Shown here piece by piece: positions 1-7,138 of a stretch of 64,000 bases of DNA (its first letter is position 1; every line of letters starts with the position of its first letter). The stretch is from the IMG/VR virus record IMGVR_UViG_3300046804_004848, positions 1 to 64,000 of that record, one strand, 5' to 3'. The notes under the pieces are model-generated. The model saw only the letters and a program-made list of their open reading frames with translations. It was not told the origin of the DNA and searched no databases. The DNA comes from a virus. The translations under genes were made by a program, and so were the position numbers.

Positions 1-339
1 ATGACTAAAATGTTCACTACTACAATTAATTACAATATCAGGTGGGTTCGTCCAATCTAGTTCATTAGAGTTAGCAACTATATTCTCTACCATAATTGGG
101 TTGTATATTGTCCATGCATTGCAAATTTTATCAGCAATTTCTTTAGAAGCTTCATCTATATCGTATCCTACAATAGAAGCATAATAATCAGGCTTACGTA
201 TGTGTAACATAAAAGCAAGCAGGTTATACCAACTTCCCAAAATCCATATACGTGAATTATATTTTGCGTATCGTTCTATTTCTTCGCACAACCATAATTT
301 ACTAATGATTTGACCATGACTAAAAGCATCGTAGTTCAT
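1..339 (-). CDS. Putative SAM-dependent methyltransferase-like protein, truncated by window edge
   Basis: Manual translation from ATG at 339: MNYDAFSHGQIISKLWLCEEIERYAKYNSRIWILGSWYNLLAF...VGYDIDE...DIVINCSSEHF; Rossmann-like motif pattern; open to position 1. Confidence 0.6.
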   Translation of the reverse strand, partial: MNYDAFSHGQIISKLWLCEEIERYAKYNSRIWILGSWYNLLAFMLHIRKPDYYASIVGYDIDEASKEIADKICNAWTIYNPIMVENIVANSNELDWTNPPDIVINCSSEHFSH

Positions 340-378
340 AAAACTATTTACAGATAGCCTATTAAAATAAATAATTTT

Positions 379-1233
379 ATGACTACAAAAATTTTAATTA
401 TGGGGTTGCCTGGTTCGGGCAAAACACACTTAGCAGAAAGACTTAAATCATATCTTGAAAAACCAAGAAGTATTACAGAAATACCATTATCTAAATTAGC
501 AAATTATGAGATTGTTCCGCAAGAATGGAAACCATCCGTAAAGTGGTTTAACGCAGATGATGTGCGTAAACGTTATAATGATTGGGATTTCAGCACAGAA
601 GGTCGTATACGACAATCTATACGTATGGCAGATTTTGCTATAAACAGTGGCAGCGATTATGTGATTTGCGATTTTGTCGCACCATTAGTTGAAATGCGTA
701 ATACCTTCAAAGCAGATTGGACAATATGGATGGACACCATTGATGCAGGTCGTTACGAAGATACAAACAAAGCATTTATACCACCTGCACAATATGATTT
801 CCGTGTTACTGAAAAAAATGCTGAATTTTGGGTAAAGTATATTGGTGAACGTATTATCAAAGAACAGCGTAGACCAACATTTGATTGGCGTAAAGAAACA
901 GTACAAATGTTAGGACGTTGGCAACCGTGGCATGCGGGTCATCGTGCATTATTTGAACGATTGTTACAGCGTACAGGACAAGTCGTTATTCAAATACGTG
1001 ATGTTCAAGGATGGCAAGGCAGTAACCCTTTTAATGTTAATCAAGTTAAAGGTTATATTAAACGAGATTTAGACCCATTATATCAAGGACAATATGAAAT
1101 CATGTTAGTGCCTAATATTGTACATATTGGTTGGGGTCGTGGTGTAGGCTATACAAGTGGTGAAGAAACATTTGATGAAACTATCACAAGTATTAGTGCA
1201 ACTAATATTCGTAAGCAAATGGGATTGGAATGA
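379..1233 (+). CDS. APS-kinase-like P-loop kinase fused to HxGH nucleotidyltransferase
   Basis: N-terminal GLPGSGKT Walker A and NADDVR/FVAP motifs typical of CysC; C-terminal GRWQPWHAGH and ISATNIR nucleotidyltransferase motifs. Confidence 0.75.
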   Translation: MTTKILIMGLPGSGKTHLAERLKSYLEKPRSITEIPLSKLANYEIVPQEWKPSVKWFNADDVRKRYNDWDFSTEGRIRQSIRMADFAINSGSDYVICDFVAPLVEMRNTFKADWTIWMDTIDAGRYEDTNKAFIPPAQYDFRVTEKNAEFWVKYIGERIIKEQRRPTFDWRKETVQMLGRWQPWHAGHRALFERLLQRTGQVVIQIRDVQGWQGSNPFNVNQVKGYIKRDLDPLYQGQYEIMLVPNIVHIGWGRGVGYTSGEETFDETITSISATNIRKQMGLE

Positions 1234-1949
1234 CTTTTGATAGAACGTGCATATTATGTACACCACGTTCAGGTAGTCAATTGTGTGAAAAATTACTACA
1301 ACAAGCTCAACTGGAAAAATATATTCATTTTGGTGAATATTTTGAAAAATGGAATCAATCAACTTATATCATTGAAAATAACATTGTAAAACAGCATATC
1401 TACCAAAATAAAAGAAACGATTATGGTATAGATGAATCATTTAAAACACGATTGTCAAGTTTAAAATCACTACAACAACCTATCAGTTTACGTTTGTTTT
1501 GTTTGTATTCTTATGACATAAAGACACTGCAGTATATCATTAATGAATTAAGATCTTTCAATTTTAAGTTTCTAGTGTTAACGAGAAATAATAAAAAAGA
1601 ACAATTGCTTAGTTGGCTTATAGCAAGAAGTTACACAGATACTTTTAAACATAATGTATTTGGTGCGAATTCTAAACTTGATAACAAAGTATACATTGAC
1701 ATACAAAAATATAGAAATACAATAGGTAATTTTGTATTAACTTATCGTTATTGGGAAACCATGATGCAAGAACTATTACCTACGTTAGAAATAAAAAAAG
1801 TCATATATGAATCCATATATCATGATATGAAATTACATTATGGGATTGAATTTACTACTATTGGTGAAAAGACTATAGATAAAGCATACAATGAATATGT
1901 TCAAAACTATGATGAAGTAAACCAACATTTAGATAAGTTTCTTGCTTGA
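1230..1949 (+). CDS. Sulfotransferase-family protein (Stf0-like)
   Basis: TPRSGSQL 5'-PSB-like motif, LTRNNKKEQLLSW 3'-PB-like motif, late YE motif; overlaps upstream stop. Confidence 0.6.
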   Translation: MTFDRTCILCTPRSGSQLCEKLLQQAQLEKYIHFGEYFEKWNQSTYIIENNIVKQHIYQNKRNDYGIDESFKTRLSSLKSLQQPISLRLFCLYSYDIKTLQYIINELRSFNFKFLVLTRNNKKEQLLSWLIARSYTDTFKHNVFGANSKLDNKVYIDIQKYRNTIGNFVLTYRYWETMMQELLPTLEIKKVIYESIYHDMKLHYGIEFTTIGEKTIDKAYNEYVQNYDEVNQHLDKFLA

Positions 1950-1986
1950 CACCTAAATAAGTGTCTGCTATATTGCGAAACATGTT

Positions 1987-2065
<79 letters not shown>

Positions 2066-2144
2066 AAATATGCAAAAAATATGGCTTTTTTGTAGGGTTT
2101 TTGCAACAATGTATAAATAACCTTACATTAAGATACAAAAGTAG

Positions 2145-2173
2145 TTGACAAAGAAAATTTTATAAGGTAAAGT
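2145..2173 (+). promoter_or_regulatory. Sigma70-type promoter in front of leader ORF and tRNA array
   Basis: TTGACA-17 nt-TAAAGT; TATAAATA late-type motif also at 2112-2119. Confidence 0.6.
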
Positions 2174-2180
2174 AACAAAC

Positions 2181-2297
2181 ATGAAAAGTCTCAGAAATAC
2201 GATGAGTTTAGCGAAGGGTACACAACCAAGTTGGTGTGCGATCCCCCATGCTCGCTCATATAATTTTGAGGATATTGGGGGCAGGGGTTCAGGCTAA
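2181..2297 (+). CDS. Putative attenuator leader peptide (38 aa)
   Basis: MKSLRNTMSLAKGTQPSWCAIPHARSYNFEDIGGRGSG*; ATG 7 nt after the -10 box (probably leaderless); 3' end complementary to the terminator left arm. Confidence 0.6.
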   Translation: MKSLRNTMSLAKGTQPSWCAIPHARSYNFEDIGGRGSG

Positions 2298-2324
2298 TCA
2301 TAGATAGTACATAAGATTACACTG

Positions 2325-2359
2325 AACCCTAGGAATAAACCCCTAGGGTTTTTTGTTTT
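2325..2359 (+). terminator. Intrinsic terminator with overlapping antiterminator
   Basis: AACCCTAGG/CCTAGGGTT stem plus T tract; alternative pairing GGGTTCAG (2285-2292) with CTGAACCC (2322-2329). Confidence 0.8.
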
Positions 2360-2360
2360 A

Positions 2361-2522
2361 CGTGTGTGAGAAACGAGGTCTCAGTGGTGCACGATAAACA
2401 TGCCACGAACGGTCGGAGTCTCGGTATGAAACTGTGGCGATAACACAGGAGTAAGATGAGCAAGTGGGGGATGGCCCCACTACATTCTTAAGATAATTGA
2501 GTACAGTTGTTTTAAGAATGTA
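2361..2522 (+). ncRNA. Unidentified structured RNA preceding the tRNAs
   Basis: GC-rich non-coding stretch with hairpins CTGTG-GCGATAA-CACAG and GTGGGG/CCCCAC, and long TACATTCTTAAGA/TTTTAAGAATGTA stem. Confidence 0.45.
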
Positions 2523-2529
2523 AAAATAT

Positions 2530-2607
2530 ATCCCCTTAGCTCAGTGAACTTAGAGCGTACCGCTACGGACGGTAAGGACGTGGGTTTGAATGCTACAGGG
2601 GGTGCCA
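2530..2607 (+). tRNA. tRNA-Arg (ACG), degenerate T arm
   Basis: TACCG-CTACGGA-CGGTA anticodon arm; T loop TTTGAAT; CCA end. Confidence 0.8.
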
Positions 2608-2612
2608 AGTTT

Positions 2613-2726
2613 AGGATGCTAACAGCAAGTTATGATGCTTCGGGAGCCGTCTGTTGTAGGTTCAAATCCTACCATGTCTTGTAAAAGGTATGTAGCTCAA
2701 TGGTAGAGCAACGATAATGCATCCTG
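2613..2726 (+). ncRNA. Y-RNA-like (YrlA-like) RNA with circularly permuted tRNA module; scaffold copy 1
   Basis: AGGATGC-TAACAGCAA...AAT-GCATCCTG closing stem enclosing T arm (GTAGG-TTCAAAT-CCTAC), loop-closed acceptor stem, then D arm (TAGCTCAATGGTAGAGC). Confidence 0.75.
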
Positions 2727-2734
2727 TTTTATAT

Positions 2735-2810
2735 GTAAGCGTGACCCGAATGGCTAGGGAACGGATTGCAACCCCGTTTTATGCAGGTTCAACTCCTGTC
2801 GCTTACTCCA
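2735..2810 (+). tRNA. tRNA-Cys (GCA)
   Basis: Anticodon loop TTGCAAC, T arm GGTTCAACTCC, TCCA end. Confidence 0.9.
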
Positions 2811-2816
2811 AACAAT

Positions 2817-2890
2817 TCCGGGGTAGTATAAAGGCATTATAGGGGTCTCCAAAACCCATGATGGGGGTTCGATTCCCTCCCTCGGAGCCA
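2817..2890 (+). tRNA. tRNA-Trp (CCA)
   Basis: Anticodon loop CTCCAAA, GGTTCGATTCC, GCCA end. Confidence 0.9.
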
Positions 2891-2912
2891 TACTATTTTG
2901 AATAAATACAAC

Positions 2913-3407
2913 ATGCTAATTAAAGAATTACTTACAGAATCTACCAATCGTAAAATTGGTAAAGTTATTGGTGGACAAATTTATGTTCACAAAGACTATG
3001 TTGATTCACCATTACTCAAACGTGAAATACCGCTGTCTTGGTACAAATTAGCTGTTTCTAAATTGCCACCTGATTTTGATTACACTGTGGTACGTTATGA
3101 TTTAAAAGATGGTTCAATCGCATTTATTTCATCACCTGACTTTGATTCTGCAGATGAACCTACAGTAGGTACTTCCATTAAAGTCACTAGAGATGGTAAC
3201 GTTAAAGTTACTAAACCATTAGCTGATCCTTGGATATGGCATCATAAGTGGGAATGGGTTGGTGATGATTATAGTGGGTTTGATGTTGAACAAAGTAAAG
3301 CACGATCCGAAAAATGGAAATCCATTGTAGGTGTAGACAAAGCTGTTTCTTCTAGAATAGGTAAGAAAAGCTATTGGGATCGTGAAATCGTACCTAAAAT
3401 AAAATAA
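2913..3407 (+). CDS. Hypothetical protein resembling a domain of DNA phosphorothioation-associated putative methyltransferases
   Basis: GKVIGGQIYVH...FISSPDFD...PWIWHHKWEWV..DY pattern recognised from memory; N-terminus MLIKELLTE. Confidence 0.45.
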   Translation: MLIKELLTESTNRKIGKVIGGQIYVHKDYVDSPLLKREIPLSWYKLAVSKLPPDFDYTVVRYDLKDGSIAFISSPDFDSADEPTVGTSIKVTRDGNVKVTKPLADPWIWHHKWEWVGDDYSGFDVEQSKARSEKWKSIVGVDKAVSSRIGKKSYWDREIVPKIK

Positions 3408-3408
3408 C

Positions 3409-3498
3409 GGAAGCGTGGCAGAGTGGATTAATGTACCTGACTTGAAATCAGACGGTCATGAAAGTGGCCCGTGAGTTCGAATCTCACCGCTTCCACCA
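3409..3498 (+). tRNA. tRNA-Ser (TGA)
   Basis: CTTGAAA loop, long variable arm, CCA end. Confidence 0.92.
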
Positions 3499-3511
3499 TA
3501 TAAATACTGTT

Positions 3512-3646
3512 ATGAAAATGTGGCAATTACATTTGTATCATGGTGCATGGTTAGCATTACTTATAACAGTAGGCATGCTTACTTATTGGTGGGTATCGCT
3601 ATTAATGTTTATAGCAATATTTGTTTATGCCTTTATATTTGCTTAA
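3512..3646 (+). CDS. Small membrane protein
   Basis: Hydrophobic 44-aa ORF after TATAAATA motif. Confidence 0.5.
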   Translation: MKMWQLHLYHGAWLALLITVGMLTYWWVSLLMFIAIFVYAFIFA

Positions 3647-3652
3647 ATAAAG

Positions 3653-3729
3653 CTGACCGTAGTTCAGTTGGATAGAACAACAGCCTTCTAAGCTGTGGGT
3701 CGGAGGTTCAAATCCTCTCGGTCAGGCCA
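3653..3729 (+). tRNA. tRNA-Arg (TCT)
   Basis: ACAGC-CTTCTAA-GCTGT, CCA end. Confidence 0.92.
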
Positions 3730-3741
3730 TTTAGAAATAAC

Positions 3742-3834
3742 GGAGAGTTGACCGAGAGGCTGAAGGTACCTTCCTGCTAAGAAGGCAAGTGGTCAAAAGC
3801 TGCTTCGTGGGTTCGAATCCCACACTCTCCACCA
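3742..3834 (+). tRNA. tRNA-Ser (GCT)
   Basis: CTGCTAA loop, long variable arm, CCA end. Confidence 0.92.
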
Positions 3835-3873
3835 AAATTTTTATAGCTGTTTTTAATATATAAATAAATTTAT

Positions 3874-3949
3874 TCACCAATAGCTCAGTCGGTAGAGCAG
3901 CAGACTGTTAATCTGTTGGTCCGTGGTTCAAGTCCACGTTGGTGAGCCA
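3874..3949 (+). tRNA. tRNA-Asn (GTT)
   Basis: GCAGA-CTGTTAA-TCTGT, CCA end. Confidence 0.93.
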
Positions 3950-3966
3950 GTTTTAAAAGGAAACTA

Positions 3967-4323
3967 ATGTCAGAATACTTTGGATATCATCTTTTATTAG
4001 ATTGTAGTGGTTGCGAAAATATTGATAGTCGTGAAAACATTTACAATTGGATAAAATATCTTGTTCCTACCATAGATATGATTGCAGCAGGTGAGCCATG
4101 GATTGAATATTTACTTGAGGATGATCCTAAACAAGGGTATACATTGATGCAAGCTATTACAACAAGCAGTATAACCGCACACTTTATGGAATTAGATAAT
4201 ACTGCTTACATTGACATTTTTAGTTGTAAACCATTTGACATAAATTTAGCACAGTATATTGTCCAAACTTATTTCAATCCAAAGAAAATTCGTGTAAACT
4301 ATCTTACACGCCATGCTGATTAA
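3967..4323 (+). CDS. speD: S-adenosylmethionine decarboxylase proenzyme-like
   Basis: GYHLLLDCSGC, ITTSSITAHF (self-cleavage serine region), YIDIFSCKPFD. Confidence 0.75.
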   Translation: MSEYFGYHLLLDCSGCENIDSRENIYNWIKYLVPTIDMIAAGEPWIEYLLEDDPKQGYTLMQAITTSSITAHFMELDNTAYIDIFSCKPFDINLAQYIVQTYFNPKKIRVNYLTRHAD

Positions 4324-4334
4324 ACGTTTTTAAT

Positions 4335-4408
4335 TCCTCCTTAGTTAAGTGGTATAACATCGGCTTTGTAACCCGAAATCATCTGTTCAATTCAGATAGG
4401 GGGAACCA
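4335..4408 (+). tRNA. tRNA-Thr (TGT)
   Basis: TTTGTAA loop, cloverleaf, ACCA end. Confidence 0.85.
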
Positions 4409-4424
4409 ACCTAACTTATAACTT

Positions 4425-4946
4425 ATGAACATTGAACAAAAACGTGGTATGAGTGGTAATCTCAAACCATTTGACCGTAACGACCATGCTCAATACGATA
4501 GTAAAGGCAAACAAGCTTTTATAAAATATTTAGATGGTTTTTTACCAAAGCATTTAAAGACTATTGAAAATCCTAATGAACATGGTATTGATTTATTAAC
4601 CATAGATCAAAACACAAACAAAGTTGTTCAAACATGGGAAATTGAAGTGCGTCATGGCAATTGGCGAGATGATACACCATTTCCATTTAATGACATTAAT
4701 TGTATTGAACGTAAAGATCATCAGTGGCGTAAAAGCAACGAATATTTAAAAAAGATTCCACATCCTATTGAGCATAATCATCAAGTATGTTATGTACAAC
4801 TTAATGCACCATGCACAAGAGCAGTATTAATTGACGGTGCAATTATATTAAATTATCCATTAAAACCATGGGCAAATCGTAAGGGTGATGGTGAGTATGT
4901 TAGACAAGTACCTGTTGCAAAAACCATACAAATAAAAATTGCTTGA
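4425..4946 (+). CDS. PD-(D/E)xK-like nuclease-fold protein
   Basis: GIDLL...WEIEVR motif. Confidence 0.45.
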   Translation: MNIEQKRGMSGNLKPFDRNDHAQYDSKGKQAFIKYLDGFLPKHLKTIENPNEHGIDLLTIDQNTNKVVQTWEIEVRHGNWRDDTPFPFNDINCIERKDHQWRKSNEYLKKIPHPIEHNHQVCYVQLNAPCTRAVLIDGAIILNYPLKPWANRKGDGEYVRQVPVAKTIQIKIA

Positions 4947-4971
4947 CAACATATCTAAATTTAGTTAATAT
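4943..4971 (+). promoter_or_regulatory. Early sigma70 promoter
   Basis: TTGACA-17-TAATAT with ATATCTAAATT spacer motif. Confidence 0.7.
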
Positions 4972-5001
4972 ATCTCTATTGACAACGAAACGGAGATTGA
5001 A

Positions 5002-5313
5002 ATGAGTTTAGTGACTATCAAGTTAGCTCCCCAAGAAGTTTCAACCGAGTTTTATTTCTCAAAAAATCGTATTGGTTTAGTAAGGTCAGTACTTGATCTT
5101 TACACAGCAGCAAAACCTTTTTTCACTGATCTTGAAGGTACAAAAGCTGCTGAAGAAGCATTTGACCTAACTAACAATCCTTATCGTCAAAGTGAACGTG
5201 TAGAACTTTACGGTAGAGGACGTTCGCTTAGTATCGGTGATATTGTTGAAGTGTGTGCGAATGGTGAGACCACCGAGTTTTTATGTGATAGTTTTGGTTG
5301 GATTAAACTGTAA
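5002..5313 (+). CDS. Hypothetical early protein (YodL-like RSLSIGD motif)
   Basis: RSLSIGDIV...FLCDSFGW; GGAG RBS. Confidence 0.6.
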   Translation: MSLVTIKLAPQEVSTEFYFSKNRIGLVRSVLDLYTAAKPFFTDLEGTKAAEEAFDLTNNPYRQSERVELYGRGRSLSIGDIVEVCANGETTEFLCDSFGWIKL

Positions 5314-5323
5314 GGAGTTGGAA

Positions 5324-5569
5324 ATGATACCGCAAGCTACTAAAGATTCACTTGACAGATATGTTAACGAAGGCATTATGCCAGGTAGTTTTCTCCGAGC
5401 AGTACTTACTAATGATTTAGCAAGTGCTGTATTCCAAGCTGATTCTAAAAATTTAGCCGCATTAAAAGATATTATGTTGTATGTTTACAACGAAATACCT
5501 GCTAATGCTTGGGGTAGCACTGCTACTGTTGTAGATTATGCACAACGAACATTTAAGCAGGTTGCATAA
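5324..5569 (+). CDS. Hypothetical phage protein
   Basis: AAGGAG RBS, ATG 5324; PGSFLRAVLTNDL motif. Confidence 0.65.
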   Translation: MIPQATKDSLDRYVNEGIMPGSFLRAVLTNDLASAVFQADSKNLAALKDIMLYVYNEIPANAWGSTATVVDYAQRTFKQVA

Positions 5570-5614
5570 TATCTAAATTTAACGTATAATTCTCTTATTG
5601 ATTAGGAGATTGAT

Positions 5615-6085
5615 ATGCGATTGAATGTTAATTATTACAATGGTTCAGTAACAGTGATCAGTCTAGAAAAAGAAGCATGTTCATATGTTCAAACAGATGG
5701 TGGACGTGCTTCAGATGGATTTAAAGGTACAAAAAAACGTGATTGTGTAACACGTTCAATTTCAATTATTTTAGGTTTGCCCTATCATCAAGTATGGTGG
5801 GAGTTGAATGAGATGCAATATGAAGCAGGATATGATTTTAATCCTGACAAAGGTGTTATTACCTCGGTATGGAAACAATATTTGGAAGAACGTGGTTACA
5901 AGTATGTATCAGTAAAAAAGTCACGTAAGTATGTAACGAAAAAAGATATTCCTACAGGTAAAGTAATTCTGCATACTAGGGGACACTTGTCTGCGTGTAT
6001 TGATCATGTGGTGCATGATGCTTTTGATAGCAGATACAAGGCTAACAAGCCACGTAAATTGTGGGGATATGTTGTTGTAGCATAA
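5615..6085 (+). CDS. Hypothetical phage protein (DCVTR...H motif)
   Basis: ORF with RBS and own promoter TTGCAT-17-TATAAT. Confidence 0.65.
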   Translation: MRLNVNYYNGSVTVISLEKEACSYVQTDGGRASDGFKGTKKRDCVTRSISIILGLPYHQVWWELNEMQYEAGYDFNPDKGVITSVWKQYLEERGYKYVSVKKSRKYVTKKDIPTGKVILHTRGHLSACIDHVVHDAFDSRYKANKPRKLWGYVVVA

Positions 6086-6140
6086 TTAAGTTCCATTCAC
6101 AAACAGATACATGGTGTGGCAAAAATAAAAAAAGTTAATT

Positions 6141-6229
6141 GGGTGGTGCCCCCTACGGCGGTCTGTAAAATCGTTGGCTTTGTAAAGTAGGGAAGTTGCC
6201 TCGTGGAGCGTTACCATCACCACCCACCA
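6141..6229 (+). tRNA. Atypical tRNA-Tyr-like RNA (GTA) lacking a D arm
   Basis: 8-bp acceptor GGGTGGTG/CACCACCC+ACCA; GCGGT-CTGTAAA-ATCGT anticodon arm; T loop AGCGTTA. Confidence 0.6.
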
Positions 6230-6297
6230 TATTGAAGCACATTTTATCAGGGCAGTATTGTTCAGCGGTTTATAGCCGTAAGTGTGTTTCAATATGG
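6227..6297 (+). repeat. Inter-tRNA long-stem element copy 1
   Basis: CCATATTGAAGCACA...TGTGTTTCAATATGG inverted repeat. Confidence 0.8.
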
Positions 6298-6413
6298 TTC
6301 TCCGAGAAGGTACATCAACCAAGCTCTCAGTTCCCTGCTAGGTAGTGATGGATACAGTACACTAGTAAAGCTCTTGGTTTGATCAGTGTGGTGCGAGTCC
6401 ACAAGAACCGCCA
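6296..6413 (+). ncRNA. tRNA-like RNA with large insertion in the anticodon arm
   Basis: GGTTCT/AGAACC-GCCA acceptor, GTGG-TGCGAGT-CCAC T arm, ACCAAG/CTTGGT stem enclosing about 50 nt. Confidence 0.55.
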
Positions 6414-6506
6414 TATTGAAGCACATTACATACCTTGTAACTAGCGGTGGTAGCCTAGTGAAGGATGCGTCTCCTACCAAGACGTTGATAGTGTGTTTCA
6501 ATATGG
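6411..6506 (+). repeat. Inter-tRNA long-stem element copy 2
   Basis: Same arms as copy 1 with a different structured interior. Confidence 0.8.
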
Positions 6507-6575
6507 TGTAGCTTAACGTTGAAGAGCAGCAAGATCAGATCTTGTCAGCACAGGTTCGGGAGCCTGTCACCATAA
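6502..6575 (+). pseudogene. Degenerate tRNA-like sequence (CAG at anticodon position, no CCA)
   Basis: TATGGTG/CACCATA acceptor, GCAAG-ATCAGAT-CTTGT, ACAGG-TTCGGGAG-CCTGT. Confidence 0.5.
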
Positions 6576-6580
6576 TAAAT

Positions 6581-6778
6581 TTTAGAACCTCGGATTACAC
6601 TTTGACCGTTAGCGAAAGTGGGCGATTGTCGCTGCCATACAGACAGGGTGCTAAGATCTACCCCAAAGCTCGCCTTACATGAGTGATAGAAATATCTTAG
6701 GTGGACGCAGCCTACCATAAGGGTAACGTGGACAGTGTAACTACTCAGTTTAGGGCTAATGAGGATTAGTGGCTAAAC
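6581..6778 (+). ncRNA. Unidentified ~200-nt multi-stem RNA
   Basis: Non-coding and GC-rich; stems CACTTT/AAAGTG, CTAAGAT/ATCTTAG, GGTGG/CTACC, GCTAAT/ATTAGT, TTACACT/AGTGTAA. Confidence 0.55.
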
Positions 6779-6792
6779 ACGAATTATTTTTT

Positions 6793-6852
6793 AGGATGCT
6801 AACAGCCATTTAAAACATCAAACTGATAAATTGAACCGTTAAATGCATCCTG
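6793..6852 (+). ncRNA. Y-like scaffold RNA copy 2 carrying an Ile(GAU) anticodon-loop mimic
   Basis: AGGATGC-TAACAGCCA...TCAAA-CTGATAA-ATTGA...AAAT-GCATCCTG. Confidence 0.65.
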
Positions 6853-6859
6853 TATTATT

Positions 6860-6933
6860 GGGGGATTAGTTAAATGGGATAACATCGGCTTTGCAAGTCG
6901 AGATTGAGAGTTCGATTCTCTCATCCTCCACCA
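6860..6933 (+). tRNA. tRNA-Ala (TGC)
   Basis: TTTGCAA loop, G3:U70 pair, CCA end. Confidence 0.9.
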
Positions 6934-7113
6934 TTAAATAGGATGCTCAAAATCTAGTATAAATTCAAATGCTGCTTTATAATCTGTAAAATATCGCATT
7001 TGAAAATTTTGATCGTATAAATCATGTAACATAACTAAACAAACACCTTGTTCACTACGACACAAATATATGTGTAGTCCACTTGGTGTTAAGGTTTGGT
7101 ATACATCGTTCAT
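6934..7113 (-). CDS. Hypothetical protein
   Basis: MNDVYQTLTPSGLHIY... preceded by TAAATA motif. Confidence 0.5.
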   Translation of the reverse strand: MNDVYQTLTPSGLHIYLCRSEQGVCLVMLHDLYDQNFQMRYFTDYKAAFEFILDFEHPI

Positions 7114-7138
7114 AACCATATTTAGTATAGGAAATATA

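Noticed and set aside
6092-6120. TCACAA...TGGTGTG resembling a SAM/SAH or preQ1 riboswitch
   Set aside because: Only partial similarity, core nucleotides differ and no downstream coding gene to regulate
6086-6501. Minus-strand ORFs 6086-6322 and 6289-6501
   Set aside because: Antisense to tRNA-like and structured RNAs; no RBS or recognisable motifs
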